Part shown: in pieces, positions 1 through 8,549 of the stretch
Position numbering within the stretch: position 1 is the first letter of the stretch
Layout of the letters: each line of letters opens with the position of its first letter
NCBI GenBank assembly: GCA_041653955.1
Contig: JBAZEH010000003.1
Span: 6,558 to 70,557 of the forward strand
Reading direction: 5' to 3'
Source of the DNA: Candidatus Omnitrophota bacterium
GTDB lineage: Bacteria > Omnitrophota > Gorgyraeia > Gygaellales > Profunditerraquicolaceae
DNA: 64,000 bases
The notes under the pieces: generated by a model
Seen by the model: only the letters and a program-made list of their open reading frames with translations
Databases searched by the model: none
Told to the model about the DNA's origin: nothing
Position numbers and translations under genes: made by a program

Positions 1-2
1 AC

Positions 3-335
3 CTGATAGAGAATATATTTACTCCAGGCAGCCCCCTTCATGACGGAGGGCTGATCATACAGCATGGGCGCCTCACTGCCGCAGGATGCATATTCCCCCT
101 TACGGAAAACCAGGATATAAGCCGCAGGCTCGGCACCAGGCACCGCGCGGCGCTGGGCTTAAGCGAAGAGACCGACGCGATTGTCATCATCGTTTCTGAA
201 GAGAGGCAGGATATATCATTGGTCTACCGCGGGGATATGTATAAAGACCTGAGCAGGGAAGATATGCTTTTGAAGATCAAAGAGATCATGAAACTCAAGA
301 AGGAAGAAGATGGCGAGAAAAAAGATCAGCATTAG
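3..335 (+). CDS. cdaA: diadenylate cyclase CdaA, C-terminal part (start lies upstream of window)
   Basis: Frame 3 translation ...SPLHDGGLIIQHGRLTAAGCIFPLTENQDISRRLGTRHRAALGLSEETDAIVIIVSEE... matches the DAC domain motifs (HDGA-like, TRHRAALG) of CdaA/DisA_N; stop TAG at 333-335. Confidence 0.8.
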   Translation: MIENIFTPGSPLHDGGLIIQHGRLTAAGCIFPLTENQDISRRLGTRHRAALGLSEETDAIVIIVSEERQDISLVYRGDMYKDLSREDMLLKIKEIMKLKKEEDGEKKDQH

Positions 336-450
336 TCACCGTATAATACACTGGTTTACCTATCATCCGTGGCTTAAGCTTATCGCGCTTATACTGGCGG
401 TCATGGTCTGGTTTTACGTCAAGGGCGAGATAAAACTTGTTGATTACTGA
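310..450 (+). CDS. 46-aa single-TM ORF, possible N-terminal remnant of CdaR/YbbR-type CdaA regulator
   Basis: ATG 310, TGA 448-450; MARKKISISHRIIHWFTYHPWLKLIALILAVMVWFYVKGEIKLVDY resembles the N-terminal TM anchor of YbbR-domain proteins that normally follow cdaA; not in ORF track (short). Confidence 0.3.
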   Translation: MARKKISISHRIIHWFTYHPWLKLIALILAVMVWFYVKGEIKLVDY

Positions 451-463
451 GTGAAATTGCGTG

Positions 464-1177
464 ATGCTTGAGTTAGGCGTAAATATAGACCATGTGGCTA
501 CATTGAGAGAGGCGCGGCGAGGTGTTGAGCCTGAACCTGTATCTGCCGCCCTGGTCGCCCAGGCCTCCGGGGCGGACAGCATAGTCGCCCATTTGAGGGA
601 GGACCGCAGGCATATAAAGGATAGTGATATCTTTATTTTAAAAAAGGCCGTTAAAATAAAGTTTAACCTTGAGATGTCTATAGCTTCCGATATCGTTGAT
701 ACCGCCTGCAGGGTTAAGCCCGACCAGGCGACGCTGGTGCCCGAGAAAAGGCAGGAGCTGACTACCGAAGGCGGTTTGGATGTGGCGTCTAATATCGGCA
801 GGATAAAAGGCGCGGTAAACAGATTAGAGAAGAGCGGGATAGGGGTGAGCCTTTTTATAGACCCGGATAAAAAGCAGATAGATTCCGCCAGGAGAATAGG
901 GATAAAGATGGTAGAGCTGCATACCGGGCGTTATGCCGGTGCCTCCGGAAAAAAAGGGCAGGATAAATATTTTAAGGAACTTCAAGCTGCCTCAAGATAT
1001 GCTTCGGATAAAGGATTGCGTGTTTTTGCCGGGCATGGGTTGGATTACAATAATGTTTCCAGGATAGCCGGGATAAAGGAGTTAGAGGAGCTTAATATCG
1101 GCTACTCCATTATATGCCGCGCGGTATTCGTCGGGTTGGAGCGCGCGGTGCGCCAGATGAAGGCATTGATGAAATGA
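464..1177 (+). CDS. pdxJ: pyridoxine 5'-phosphate synthase
   Basis: MLELGVNIDHVATLREARRGVEPEPV... classic PdxJ N-terminus; ATG 464 preferred over GTG 461. Confidence 0.9.
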   Translation: MLELGVNIDHVATLREARRGVEPEPVSAALVAQASGADSIVAHLREDRRHIKDSDIFILKKAVKIKFNLEMSIASDIVDTACRVKPDQATLVPEKRQELTTEGGLDVASNIGRIKGAVNRLEKSGIGVSLFIDPDKKQIDSARRIGIKMVELHTGRYAGASGKKGQDKYFKELQAASRYASDKGLRVFAGHGLDYNNVSRIAGIKELEELNIGYSIICRAVFVGLERAVRQMKALMK

Positions 1178-1539
1178 TAATAGGCACAGGAGTAGATATA
1201 ACCGAAGTCAGGCGCCTGCGCCAGGCAGTTGAGAAGTGGGGGGGCAGCTTCCTTGACCGTATATTCACAGCGGGAGAGCTTGAGAACGCCAAGAGCAGGG
1301 GCAGCCTTTATCAGCACCTTGCCGGAAGGTTCGCGGCTAAAGAGGCGGTATTCAAGGCCTTAGGCGATGCTAAGCTGAATTGGAAGGATGTAGAGATACT
1401 TAACGACAGGGAAGGCAAACCATCCTGCGCGATCTTAAACGGCAGAGGCAGGAATATAAGTGTTCATATATCTATTTCGCATGTAAAGAATTATGCGGTT
1501 GCCAACGCCATTATTACGCAGAAGGCCCGACGCGCATAA
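1174..1539 (+). CDS. acpS: holo-[acyl-carrier-protein] synthase
   Basis: MIIGTGVDITEVRRL...FAAKEAVFKALG; ATG overlaps pdxJ stop (ATGA); ORF-track start 1114 is probably too far upstream. Confidence 0.85.
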   Translation: MIIGTGVDITEVRRLRQAVEKWGGSFLDRIFTAGELENAKSRGSLYQHLAGRFAAKEAVFKALGDAKLNWKDVEILNDREGKPSCAILNGRGRNISVHISISHVKNYAVANAIITQKARRA

Positions 1540-2359
1540 AGGCGATTTCGGGCACATATTTATTCTGGCCGGTTCTTTGAGATATTCTGGCGCGGCGCTG
1601 TTATGCGCCGGGGCAGCTATGCGTTCGGGAGCGGGGCTTGTTACTTTAGGGATACCGGAGTCTATAGCGCATCCGATAATAAAAATAAAGCCAAGAGAGG
1701 TGATGTTATTACCTTTGCCCGCTACGCGGGGAGGGGCGTTTGGCCTTCGCGGTTATCAGAAAATAAAAGATTTCGTCAAGAAGGGGGCCGATATAATGGT
1801 GGTCGGCCCCGGCCTTACGAGTAACGGTTCGGCGCTGGCTTTGGCGCGCAAGGTAATATCGCGTATAGGTAAGCCGATGGTCATTGACGCGGATGGCCTG
1901 AACGCTTTAGCGGGGCATTTAGGATTATTGGCCGCTAAACGCCGCGCGCTATATGCCAAGGTCCTGACGCCTCATCCGGGCGAGATGTCGCGTTTAACCG
2001 GTATCAGCGCCAAAAAGATACAGTCGGACAGAAAAGGCATTGCCGGGGAATTCGCCAGAAAATATAAGGTGACCGTAGTTTTAAAAGGGCATAATACCGT
2101 GGTCGCGGATCAAGAGGGGCGCGTGCATATTAATAATTCCGGTAATCCCGGGATGGCTACCGCGGGAAGCGGAGATGTTTTGACGGGCATGATCGCCGCT
2201 CTTTTAGGCCAGGGCTTAAGCCCTTTTGAGGCGTCAAAATACGCGGTTTACCTGCATGGATCAGCCGCAGACTTAGCCGCGGAAGAAAAAACCGAGATAG
2301 GATTGATAGCTTCTGATATAATAGATAAGATCCCGGAAGCGATAAAGAGGTGCTCTTAG
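1493..2359 (+). CDS. ADP-dependent (S)-NAD(P)H-hydrate dehydratase (YjeF C-terminal domain type)
   Basis: RRRPDAHKGDFGHIFILAGS...GNPGMATAGSGDVLTG motifs of the YjeF_C carbohydrate-kinase-like fold. Confidence 0.8.
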   Translation: MRLPTPLLRRRPDAHKGDFGHIFILAGSLRYSGAALLCAGAAMRSGAGLVTLGIPESIAHPIIKIKPREVMLLPLPATRGGAFGLRGYQKIKDFVKKGADIMVVGPGLTSNGSALALARKVISRIGKPMVIDADGLNALAGHLGLLAAKRRALYAKVLTPHPGEMSRLTGISAKKIQSDRKGIAGEFARKYKVTVVLKGHNTVVADQEGRVHINNSGNPGMATAGSGDVLTGMIAALLGQGLSPFEASKYAVYLHGSAADLAAEEKTEIGLIASDIIDKIPEAIKRCS

Positions 2360-2371
2360 ATATTTAGTTGC

Positions 2372-2444
2372 GCCGGCGTAGCTCAGTTGGCAGAGCAGCT
2401 GTTTTGTAAACAGCGGGTCGGGGGTTCAATTCCTCTCGCCGGCT
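2372..2444 (+). tRNA. tRNA-Thr (anticodon UGU)
   Basis: Manual cloverleaf: acceptor GCCGGCG/CGCCGGC, D arm GCTCAGTTGGCAGAGC, anticodon stem GCTGT/ACAGC with loop TTTGTAA, T arm GGGGGTTCAATTCCTCT. Confidence 0.85.
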
Positions 2445-2469
2445 TTTGAAAATAAGGAAGTTTGTGAAT

Positions 2470-2756
2470 GGGTAGGTACCCAAGTGGCCAAAGGGGGCAG
2501 ACTGTATAAAAGCAGCTTCATGCCGAAAGGCATGATGAAAAAGTAGGTGAATTCAGGGAACCCCTTGATTTAACTTAAAACCAAGGGCAATCCTGAGCCA
2601 AGCCCGCAAAAGAATACGCGGGAAGGTGCAGAGACTAAGCGCCTACCACCTGTCGGCGATGCCAAGGTGAAGAGATAGTCCAAGCCTTAAGGTAACTTAA
2701 GGGCACTTGAAATCTGCTGCGCTTGCGCTTCAGAGGTTCGAATCCTCTCCTGCCCA
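2470..2756 (+). tRNA. tRNA-Tyr (anticodon GUA) interrupted by a 204-nt group I intron in the anticodon loop; exons 2470-2505 and 2710-2756
   Basis: 5' half GGGTAGGTACCCAAGTGGCCAAAGGGGGCAGACTGT matches bacterial tRNA-Tyr up to anticodon position 35. 3' half AAATCTGC + long variable arm TGCGCTTGCGCTTC + AGAGGTTCGAATCCTCT + CCTGCCCA completes the cloverleaf (acceptor GGGTAGG/CCTGCCC). Confidence 0.85.
2506..2709 (+). mobile_element. group I self-splicing intron (IC3-like, Azoarcus/Anabaena tRNA-intron type) inserted between anticodon positions 35 and 36 of tRNA-Tyr
   Basis: 5' exon ends in U (2505) that can wobble-pair with G2512 of an internal guide GCAG (P1: ACUGU/GCAG). P2 hairpin CATGCCgaaaGGCATG. 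Core motifs CAGAGACTA (2629-2637), GAAGAGATAGTCC (2669-2681) and GAGCCAAGC (2595-2603) match the R/S and P7 elements of small tRNA group I introns. Last intron nt is G2709 (omega G). Confidence 0.8.
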
Positions 2757-2943
2757 TTTAAATTCTCCTTATTGGAGATTTGAATAGCACTTTCATCAGC
2801 GACAGCTATGCGATAAGCCGGGCAGTGAGTGAAAGTGCATACCACCAGTTTGTTCTTTGCGACAGCAAAACAGCCAGCGGTAGAGCATGTTATCGCGCAG
2901 CGCCCGGAGCTAAGAGGTGTTGTGTCGGCGTGCGCTAATTAGC

Positions 2944-3014
2944 GCGGGAGTAGTTCAGTGGTAGAACAATAGCCTTCCAAGCTATATATGGGGGTTCGAT
3001 TCCCCTCTCCCGCT
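2944..3014 (+). tRNA. tRNA-Gly (anticodon UCC)
   Basis: Acceptor GCGGGAG/CTCCCGC, D arm TAGTTCAGTGGTAGAACA, anticodon stem ATAGC/GCTAT with loop CTTCCAA, T arm GGGGGTTCGATTCCCCT. Confidence 0.85.
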
Positions 3015-3068
3015 TAAACTTAATTTTAATGTAAAACCGCAACTATCACATAGCGAGGTAAAAAGACA

Positions 3069-3839
3069 ATGATAGAAAGAGAATTCCTGGAACCCGTATT
3101 TATTGATGCCTTTGACCTGGATGATGCGTGGTTCCAGTGCCTGGCGAGGATACTTGATAAAGGGCACGTTTATACCATAACCCGAGGCAGTTATGAAGGC
3201 CAGAGGCGCCTGGAGTTTGATCTTGCGGTGATCAGGGCGAAGAAACCCTCGCACCAGATCATACCGATAATACCTGAAGGCATGAGCATACCGGCCCCTA
3301 CGGATATGGATTATATACAGGGTTACCTGAGTTATCTGATGACCGGAACAAAAACGGAAACAGAAGATTACACATATGGAGAGCGCCTCGTTGACCCAAG
3401 GGTGAAGATAAAAGAGAATATTGACGGAAAGAGTATGCTTAAAGAGATGCCCCTTGAAGTCAACCAGATAGAAGAGGTGATAAATATATACAAGAAACAG
3501 GGGCATGGCACTAATCAGGCGATAATGGAGATAGGGATGCCTTCAGATATAAAATTGGACGATCCGCCGTGCCTGCGCCTTATAGATACGAGGGTGCGTT
3601 ATGGCAAGCTTCATTTTATCCTGTATTTCCGTTCCTGGGACCTGTGGGGAGGTTTTCCTTCAAACCTCGGGGGATTGCAGCTGGTAAAGCAGTATATGGC
3701 CGAAGAGATAGGAGTGGAAGACGGTGAGATGGTGGCTTTAAGCAAAGGCCTGCATCTTTATGAGTATAGCTGGGACCTGGCAAAGTTAAGGACAGGGAAA
3801 CAGGATCCCGTTTCGCTTCAGGGTAAGGGAGCAAAGTAA
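3069..3839 (+). CDS. thymidylate synthase (ThyA) family protein, divergent
   Basis: C-terminal half aligns to ThyA core: PPCL (catalytic Cys) ...GKLHFILYFRSWDLWGGFPSNLGGLQLVKQYMAEEIG vs E. coli PPCH...[35 protein letters not shown]. Confidence 0.6.
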   Translation: MIEREFLEPVFIDAFDLDDAWFQCLARILDKGHVYTITRGSYEGQRRLEFDLAVIRAKKPSHQIIPIIPEGMSIPAPTDMDYIQGYLSYLMTGTKTETEDYTYGERLVDPRVKIKENIDGKSMLKEMPLEVNQIEEVINIYKKQGHGTNQAIMEIGMPSDIKLDDPPCLRLIDTRVRYGKLHFILYFRSWDLWGGFPSNLGGLQLVKQYMAEEIGVEDGEMVALSKGLHLYEYSWDLAKLRTGKQDPVSLQGKGAK

Positions 3840-4249
3840 TGAGCACGGAATACTGCGGTGAAGAGCGGCGTGATTTTATGAGAATGGACCATATAACACC
3901 GCTCGCTTATAAAGTATGCCGTCAGGATACTATCAATAAATTACTTCAAGGGTATACCTCAGATATCAGCCGGTCCGGATTGCTATGCAACATAAAGGAC
4001 AGGGTAAATAAAGACGATATATTGTGGCTCTCTTTTGAGAGGGGCACGCTGAATATATTAGAAGAACTGGAAAAGAAGAGCCTGATCTACCAGAACGGTA
4101 TTATTGGCAAGGTGGTCAGGATAGAAGACAGGGGCGACACTACTTATAATGTAGGGGTCCAATTTATCACCCGGCAGGAAAAGGGCCCGGAGGGAATATA
4201 TTCAAGGCTGCGGTTTGTTAAGGACGCGTTTGGCGGGGAGGGTAAATAA
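3839..4249 (+). CDS. PilZ-domain protein (c-di-GMP binding)
   Basis: EERRDFMR (RxxxR) and DISRSG (DxSxxG) PilZ motifs; start overlaps upstream stop (TAATG). Confidence 0.65.
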   Translation: MSTEYCGEERRDFMRMDHITPLAYKVCRQDTINKLLQGYTSDISRSGLLCNIKDRVNKDDILWLSFERGTLNILEELEKKSLIYQNGIIGKVVRIEDRGDTTYNVGVQFITRQEKGPEGIYSRLRFVKDAFGGEGK

Positions 4250-4251
4250 TA

Positions 4252-5250
4252 ATGCGTAAAATCGCTGTCTCCATTTTAGGCGATGGAGGATGGGGGACTA
4301 CCCTGGCGATATTGCTGTATCAAAAAGGGTTTGATGTAACTTTATGGGGAGCTTTCAAGGATTACGCCTCCTACCTGGATAAAAAAAGGATAAATATAAG
4401 GTTCCTGCCGCGGGTCAGGATACCTAAGGGTATAAAAATAACTCCGGAACTGGAAGAAGCCGTATGCGCAAAGGAACTGATCATACTGGCTGTCCCTTCG
4501 CAGTATCTGCGCGGAGTCCTGAAAAAGGTCAGGAGGATGGGGCAGGCAGGTAAGGCGGTATATTTAAGCGCGGCCAAAGGGATAGAGATAGGCTCGCTGC
4601 AGAGGGTCTCTGAAGTAATGCGCGATGAATTGGGCGGCGTGAAATTGGCAGTCCTTTCAGGCCCTACAATAGCGCATGAAGTGGCAAGGGGGGTACCCAC
4701 TACTGCTGTGATCGCCTCCCGTGATAAGAATTTAAGAAAGCGCCTGCAGGGTATGCTTATGACGGAGCGCTTCAGGGTTTATACAAACCCTGACCTGATC
4801 GGGGTAGAATTGGGGGGTAGCCTTAAAAATATAATCGCTATCGCCTGCGGCATATCTGATGGTTTAGGTTTTGGCGCGAACACAAAAGCCGCCATACTCT
4901 CTCGCGGGTTAGCCGAGATCTCCAGGTTAGGGCGCGCTATGGGAGCAAACGTAAAGACTTTCAGCGGGATAAGCGGGCTGGGAGACCTGGTTACTACCTG
5001 TATCAGTCCTTACAGCCGCAATAGAAGCGTGGGTGAACAGATCGGTAAAGGAAAGACAATGAAGGAGATAATGGCCCATATGCAGATGGTTGCGGAAGGG
5101 GTGCCGACCGCCAGGTCAGCATACGCTTTGAGCATGAAATATAAAGTGGATATGCCTATTACAAGGGAAGTTTACGCCGTTCTTTATAGAAATAAATCTC
5201 CCAGGCGCGCAGTGCGTGATCTGATGACGCGGGAGAAGAAAGAAGAGTAG
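4252..5250 (+). CDS. gpsA: glycerol-3-phosphate dehydrogenase [NAD(P)+]
   Basis: MRKIAVSILGDGGWGTTLAILL... Rossmann N-terminus plus GLGDLVTTC and MQMVAEGV motifs typical of GpsA. Confidence 0.9.
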   Translation: MRKIAVSILGDGGWGTTLAILLYQKGFDVTLWGAFKDYASYLDKKRINIRFLPRVRIPKGIKITPELEEAVCAKELIILAVPSQYLRGVLKKVRRMGQAGKAVYLSAAKGIEIGSLQRVSEVMRDELGGVKLAVLSGPTIAHEVARGVPTTAVIASRDKNLRKRLQGMLMTERFRVYTNPDLIGVELGGSLKNIIAIACGISDGLGFGANTKAAILSRGLAEISRLGRAMGANVKTFSGISGLGDLVTTCISPYSRNRSVGEQIGKGKTMKEIMAHMQMVAEGVPTARSAYALSMKYKVDMPITREVYAVLYRNKSPRRAVRDLMTREKKEE

Positions 5251-5255
5251 ATAAT

Positions 5256-5299
5256 GCTGGCGCCGTTACAGCACTAAAGAGAAAGCGGCGCTGTTTTTC
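5256..5299 (+). terminator. rho-independent terminator after gpsA
   Basis: GCTGGCGCCG ... CGGCGCTG stem followed by TTTTTCC. Confidence 0.5.
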
Positions 5300-5320
5300 C
5301 GACAGCAAAATAGATAAAAA

Positions 5321-5395
5321 CGGGGCGTGGCTCAGTTTGGCTAGAGCGCTTGAATGGGGTTCAAGAGGTCGACAGTTCAAGTCTGTCCGCCCCGA
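5321..5395 (+). tRNA. tRNA-Pro (anticodon GGG)
   Basis: Acceptor CGGGGCG/CGCCCCG, D arm GCTCAGTTTGGCTAGAGC, anticodon stem CTTGA/TCAAG with loop ATGGGGT, T arm GACAGTTCAAGTCTGTC. Confidence 0.8.
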
Positions 5396-5435
5396 CTTTA
5401 TTCGTGTTGTTTTAGGATCGGTCAGGTGATAACCT

Positions 5436-5807
5436 ATGGCAGATGAAAGACGCAGGTCCGTGCGCGTAAAGAAGGTTATTAATATCCGGTACACTGATGA
5501 TAAAAAGAAGTGGGATATCACTGCCATAAGGGATATAAGCGAGACAGGTATATCTTTTACTACCCATAAACCATTCTCGCCTGATGATATCATAACTTTC
5601 CTGATAAAGATCCCCACAATGCCGTTAGAGTGGCTGGAGATCACCGGCAGGGTGGTGGCTTCCGAGGGTATTATATCTGCCGCCGGGGCTATGCTGGAAG
5701 GCTCATTTATAACAAGGGTAGAATTCGTTAATTTGCAGGGCCGGCATAAAGAGTTCATACAACAGTATATAACGTGGTTTTTGTCTAAACAGGGAGGAAG
5801 AGAATGA
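5436..5807 (+). CDS. PilZ-domain protein
   Basis: ERRRSVRVK (RxxxR) and DISETG motifs. Confidence 0.65.
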   Translation: MADERRRSVRVKKVINIRYTDDKKKWDITAIRDISETGISFTTHKPFSPDDIITFLIKIPTMPLEWLEITGRVVASEGIISAAGAMLEGSFITRVEFVNLQGRHKEFIQQYITWFLSKQGGRE

Positions 5808-6157
5808 GCCGCAGTGGCCCTGAAAGGCGAGAACATCCCCGCGTAAACGCCTGTTTTTCCGTTTCATACCGTATAATTGAAGAGACTGAATATCCAAGCT
5901 TCTCTCAGGCAAAAAATATAAGCCTGGGAGGTATTTTATTGACTACTAACAGGAAACTTGAGGAGGGAACGAATATAGCCCTGGAAATAAGGTTACCCTT
6001 TGACCCGGATCCGATCATGATAACCGGCAGGGTGCTGGAATCGCGCGAGATAAGCCGCGACCTGATCTATGATACGCGGATCAACTTTCAAAGTATAGAC
6101 GAAAAGCATAAGGGTATCCTCAAGGAGAGCATAGATTATTATATTAAGAAAGGATAG
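5804..6157 (+). CDS. PilZ-domain protein
   Basis: ERREHPRVN (RxxxR) and NISLGG motifs; translationally coupled to the preceding PilZ gene. Confidence 0.65.
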   Translation: MSRSGPERREHPRVNACFSVSYRIIEETEYPSFSQAKNISLGGILLTTNRKLEEGTNIALEIRLPFDPDPIMITGRVLESREISRDLIYDTRINFQSIDEKHKGILKESIDYYIKKG

Positions 6158-6160
6158 ATA

Positions 6161-7456
6161 ATGAAGAAGATAAATGTGGGTTTGATCGGTTTCGGTAATA
6201 TAGGCTCGGGGGTCGTGAAGATCCTCTCCGATAGAAGAGGTTTTTTAAGCAGCAAGATAGGATTGGATATAGCTATCAAGAAAATATGCGATAAAGACCT
6301 TACCTCTAAAAGGAATGTTACCGTAGATAAAAGCCTTTTTGTAAAAGATATTAAAGAAATAATTGATGACCCGCAGATAGATATCGTAGTTGAACTGATA
6401 GGCGGCATACATCCGGCGAAGGAGTATATATCCGAGGCCCTGAATAAAGGCAAGAATATCGTTACCGCCAATAAGGCGCTTCTGGCCCAGGAGGGGCGCG
6501 CGCTTTTTGCCCTTGCGCGGGACCGCGGCAAGAGCATTCATTTTGAGGCGTCTGTCGGGGCGGGTATCCCGATCATAAAATCGCTGCGCGAAGGCCTGGT
6601 AGCTAATAAGTTTTTTAATATCTTCGGTATTGTTAACGGCACCTCCAATTTTGTCTTATCGCGGATGTCAGAGAATAATTGCAGTTTCAATGACGCGCTC
6701 TCAGAAGCCAGGGCGCAAGGGTTTGCGGAGAGGAACCCTACCTTTGATATAGAAGGCATGGATTCCGCGCACAAACTGATATTGCTTACTTACCTGTGTT
6801 TCGGGAAACTGGTGGGCATGGAAGATATATTCATAGAAGGCATATCCCGGGTTTCTTTGGCGGATATCAATTATGCCGCGGAGATGGGCTTTGAAATAAA
6901 ACTCCTGGCTATAGCGAAGAAGGATTCAGACGGGCTGGAAGTGCGCGTGCATCCGACCCTTATACCAAAACACCATCTTTTGTCTTCCGTGTCCGGGATA
7001 TCAAACGCGATATACGTATCCAGCGACCTGGCCGGAGAGCTTCTTTTTTCAGGCCCGGGAGCCGGGCAGCTATCAGCTGCGTCTGCCGTGGTATCGGACA
7101 TTGTTGACCTGACGCAGGGGTTAAAGGCGGGTATGTTCAGGCCGACACTTAATATAGTGGAGGATAAGTCCATAAAGAAGCTGCGCAGGATAAACGATAT
7201 AGAGAGCCGTTATTACATACGTTTTATGACCGTTGATAAGCCGGGGGTGTTGGCGAAGATATCCGGCGTCCTTTCTAAATTCGGAATCAGCATAGCTTCC
7301 GTTACTCAAAAGGAGAGGAAGAGGGCGCAGGTGGTGCCTATTGTTATGATCATTCACGAGGCCAGGGAGAAAAACCTGCGTTCCGCGCTGGATGCGATAG
7401 GCCGCTTGAATATCATAAAACAGGATTCAGTAGCGATAAGGATAGAAGATGTCTAA
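6161..7456 (+). CDS. hom: homoserine dehydrogenase (with C-terminal ACT domain)
   Basis: [22 protein letters not shown]... NAD-binding N-terminus, catalytic core and C-terminal ACT-like segment. Confidence 0.9.
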   Translation: MKKINVGLIGFGNIGSGVVKILSDRRGFLSSKIGLDIAIKKICDKDLTSKRNVTVDKSLFVKDIKEIIDDPQIDIVVELIGGIHPAKEYISEALNKGKNIVTANKALLAQEGRALFALARDRGKSIHFEASVGAGIPIIKSLREGLVANKFFNIFGIVNGTSNFVLSRMSENNCSFNDALSEARAQGFAERNPTFDIEGMDSAHKLILLTYLCFGKLVGMEDIFIEGISRVSLADINYAAEMGFEIKLLAIAKKDSDGLEVRVHPTLIPKHHLLSSVSGISNAIYVSSDLAGELLFSGPGAGQLSAASAVVSDIVDLTQGLKAGMFRPTLNIVEDKSIKKLRRINDIESRYYIRFMTVDKPGVLAKISGVLSKFGISIASVTQKERKRAQVVPIVMIIHEAREKNLRSALDAIGRLNIIKQDSVAIRIEDV

Positions 7457-8549
7457 GAAAGCAAAAGCGCCGGATGCGCGGTATAACGGAGTAATTGAAA
7501 GATACAAAAGTTATCTGCCGGTTTCCCGCGGTACTCCTGTGATCACCCTGAATGAGGGGAATACTCCCTTGATACGCGCAAATTACCTTAGCCGGCTGAT
7601 CGGCAGGGATTTTGAGGTTTATCTGAAATATGAGGGCCTTAATCCGACAGGTTCTTTTAAGGACCGCGGTATGACTATGGCTATATCCAAGGCTTGTGAA
7701 GATCGTTCAAAAGCGGTGATGTGCGCTTCAACCGGGAATACTTCCGCATCTGCGGCGGCATATGCCGCGAGAGCGGGTTTAAAATGCATAGTGCTTATCC
7801 CGCGCGGAGCGATAGCCCTTGGAAAGCTTAGCCAGGCGCTTATCCATGGAGCGGTAGTGCTGGCAGTAGACGGTAACTTCGATGATGCCTTAGAATTGGT
7901 GCGTGAGATCACCTCAAATTACCCTATAACCCTGGTTAATTCTTTAAACCCTTACCGCATAGAGGGGCAGAAAACGGGAAGCTTTGAGATATGTGATGCT
8001 CTTGGTGACGCGCCCTCTTTCCAGGTAATGCCGGTCGGTAATGCCGGGAATATCACAGCTTACTGGAAGGGGTATAAGGAGTATAAAAAAGCCGGTAACT
8101 CTAAAACTTTGCCTAAGATGCTGGGTTTTCAGGCGGCTGGTTCAGCCCCTATAGTAAAAGGCCACCCGATAAAAAACCCCGACACTATCGCTACAGCCAT
8201 ACGCATCGGTAATCCTGCGAGCTGGAAGGAAGCGGAACGCGCTCGCGATGAATCCGAAGGGCTTATTGATATGGTAAAGGATTCAGAGATAGTATCTGCT
8301 TATAAATTGTTGGCGGTTAAAGAAGGGGTATTCGTTGAGCCTGCTTCAGCTGCTTCTATCGCCGGGCTTTTAAAACTGGCGAAAAAAGGATATTTCAAGA
8401 AGGCATCCGGGCGCAAAGGCATAAAAAGGATAACCTGCATCCTGACAGGGCACGGATTAAAAGACCCTGACAGGGCGATAAAGAGCATAAAACAGCCGAG
8501 GGTAGTGAAGGCGGACCTGAAGTCGGTATTGAGAGAGATAGGGTATTGA
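7449..8549 (+). CDS. thrC: threonine synthase
   Basis: PLP-fold with FKDRGMT lysine motif, [14 protein letters not shown]. Confidence 0.9.
   Translation: MSKKAKAPDARYNGVIERYKSYLPVSRGTPVITLNEGNTPLIRANYLSRLIGRDFEVYLKYEGLNPTGSFKDRGMTMAISKACEDRSKAVMCASTGNTSASAAAYAARAGLKCIVLIPRGAIALGKLSQALIHGAVVLAVDGNFDDALELVREITSNYPITLVNSLNPYRIEGQKTGSFEICDALGDAPSFQVMPVGNAGNITAYWKGYKEYKKAGNSKTLPKMLGFQAAGSAPIVKGHPIKNPDTIATAIRIGNPASWKEAERARDESEGLIDMVKDSEIVSAYKLLAVKEGVFVEPASAASIAGLLKLAKKGYFKKASGRKGIKRITCILTGHGLKDPDRAIKSIKQPRVVKADLKSVLREIGY

Noticed and set aside
1114-1173. Upstream extension of acpS (ORF track start 1114)
   Set aside because: Overlaps the pdxJ C-terminus out of frame; ATG 1174 gives the canonical MIIGTGVD AcpS N-terminus.
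2866-2900. Possible additional tRNA or tRNA fragment (GGTAGAGCA D-arm-like string) in the tRNA spacer
   Set aside because: No acceptor, anticodon or T-arm partners could be drawn on either strand; kept only as a note in findings.
2982-3506. 174-aa minus-strand ORF overlapping tRNA-Gly and the thyA-like gene
   Set aside because: Runs through a tRNA gene; the + strand thyA-like frame has catalytic motifs.
5159-5836. 225-aa minus-strand ORF covering the tRNA-Pro and PilZ region
   Set aside because: Overlaps a tRNA and two coupled PilZ genes on the opposite strand; compositionally an antisense artefact.
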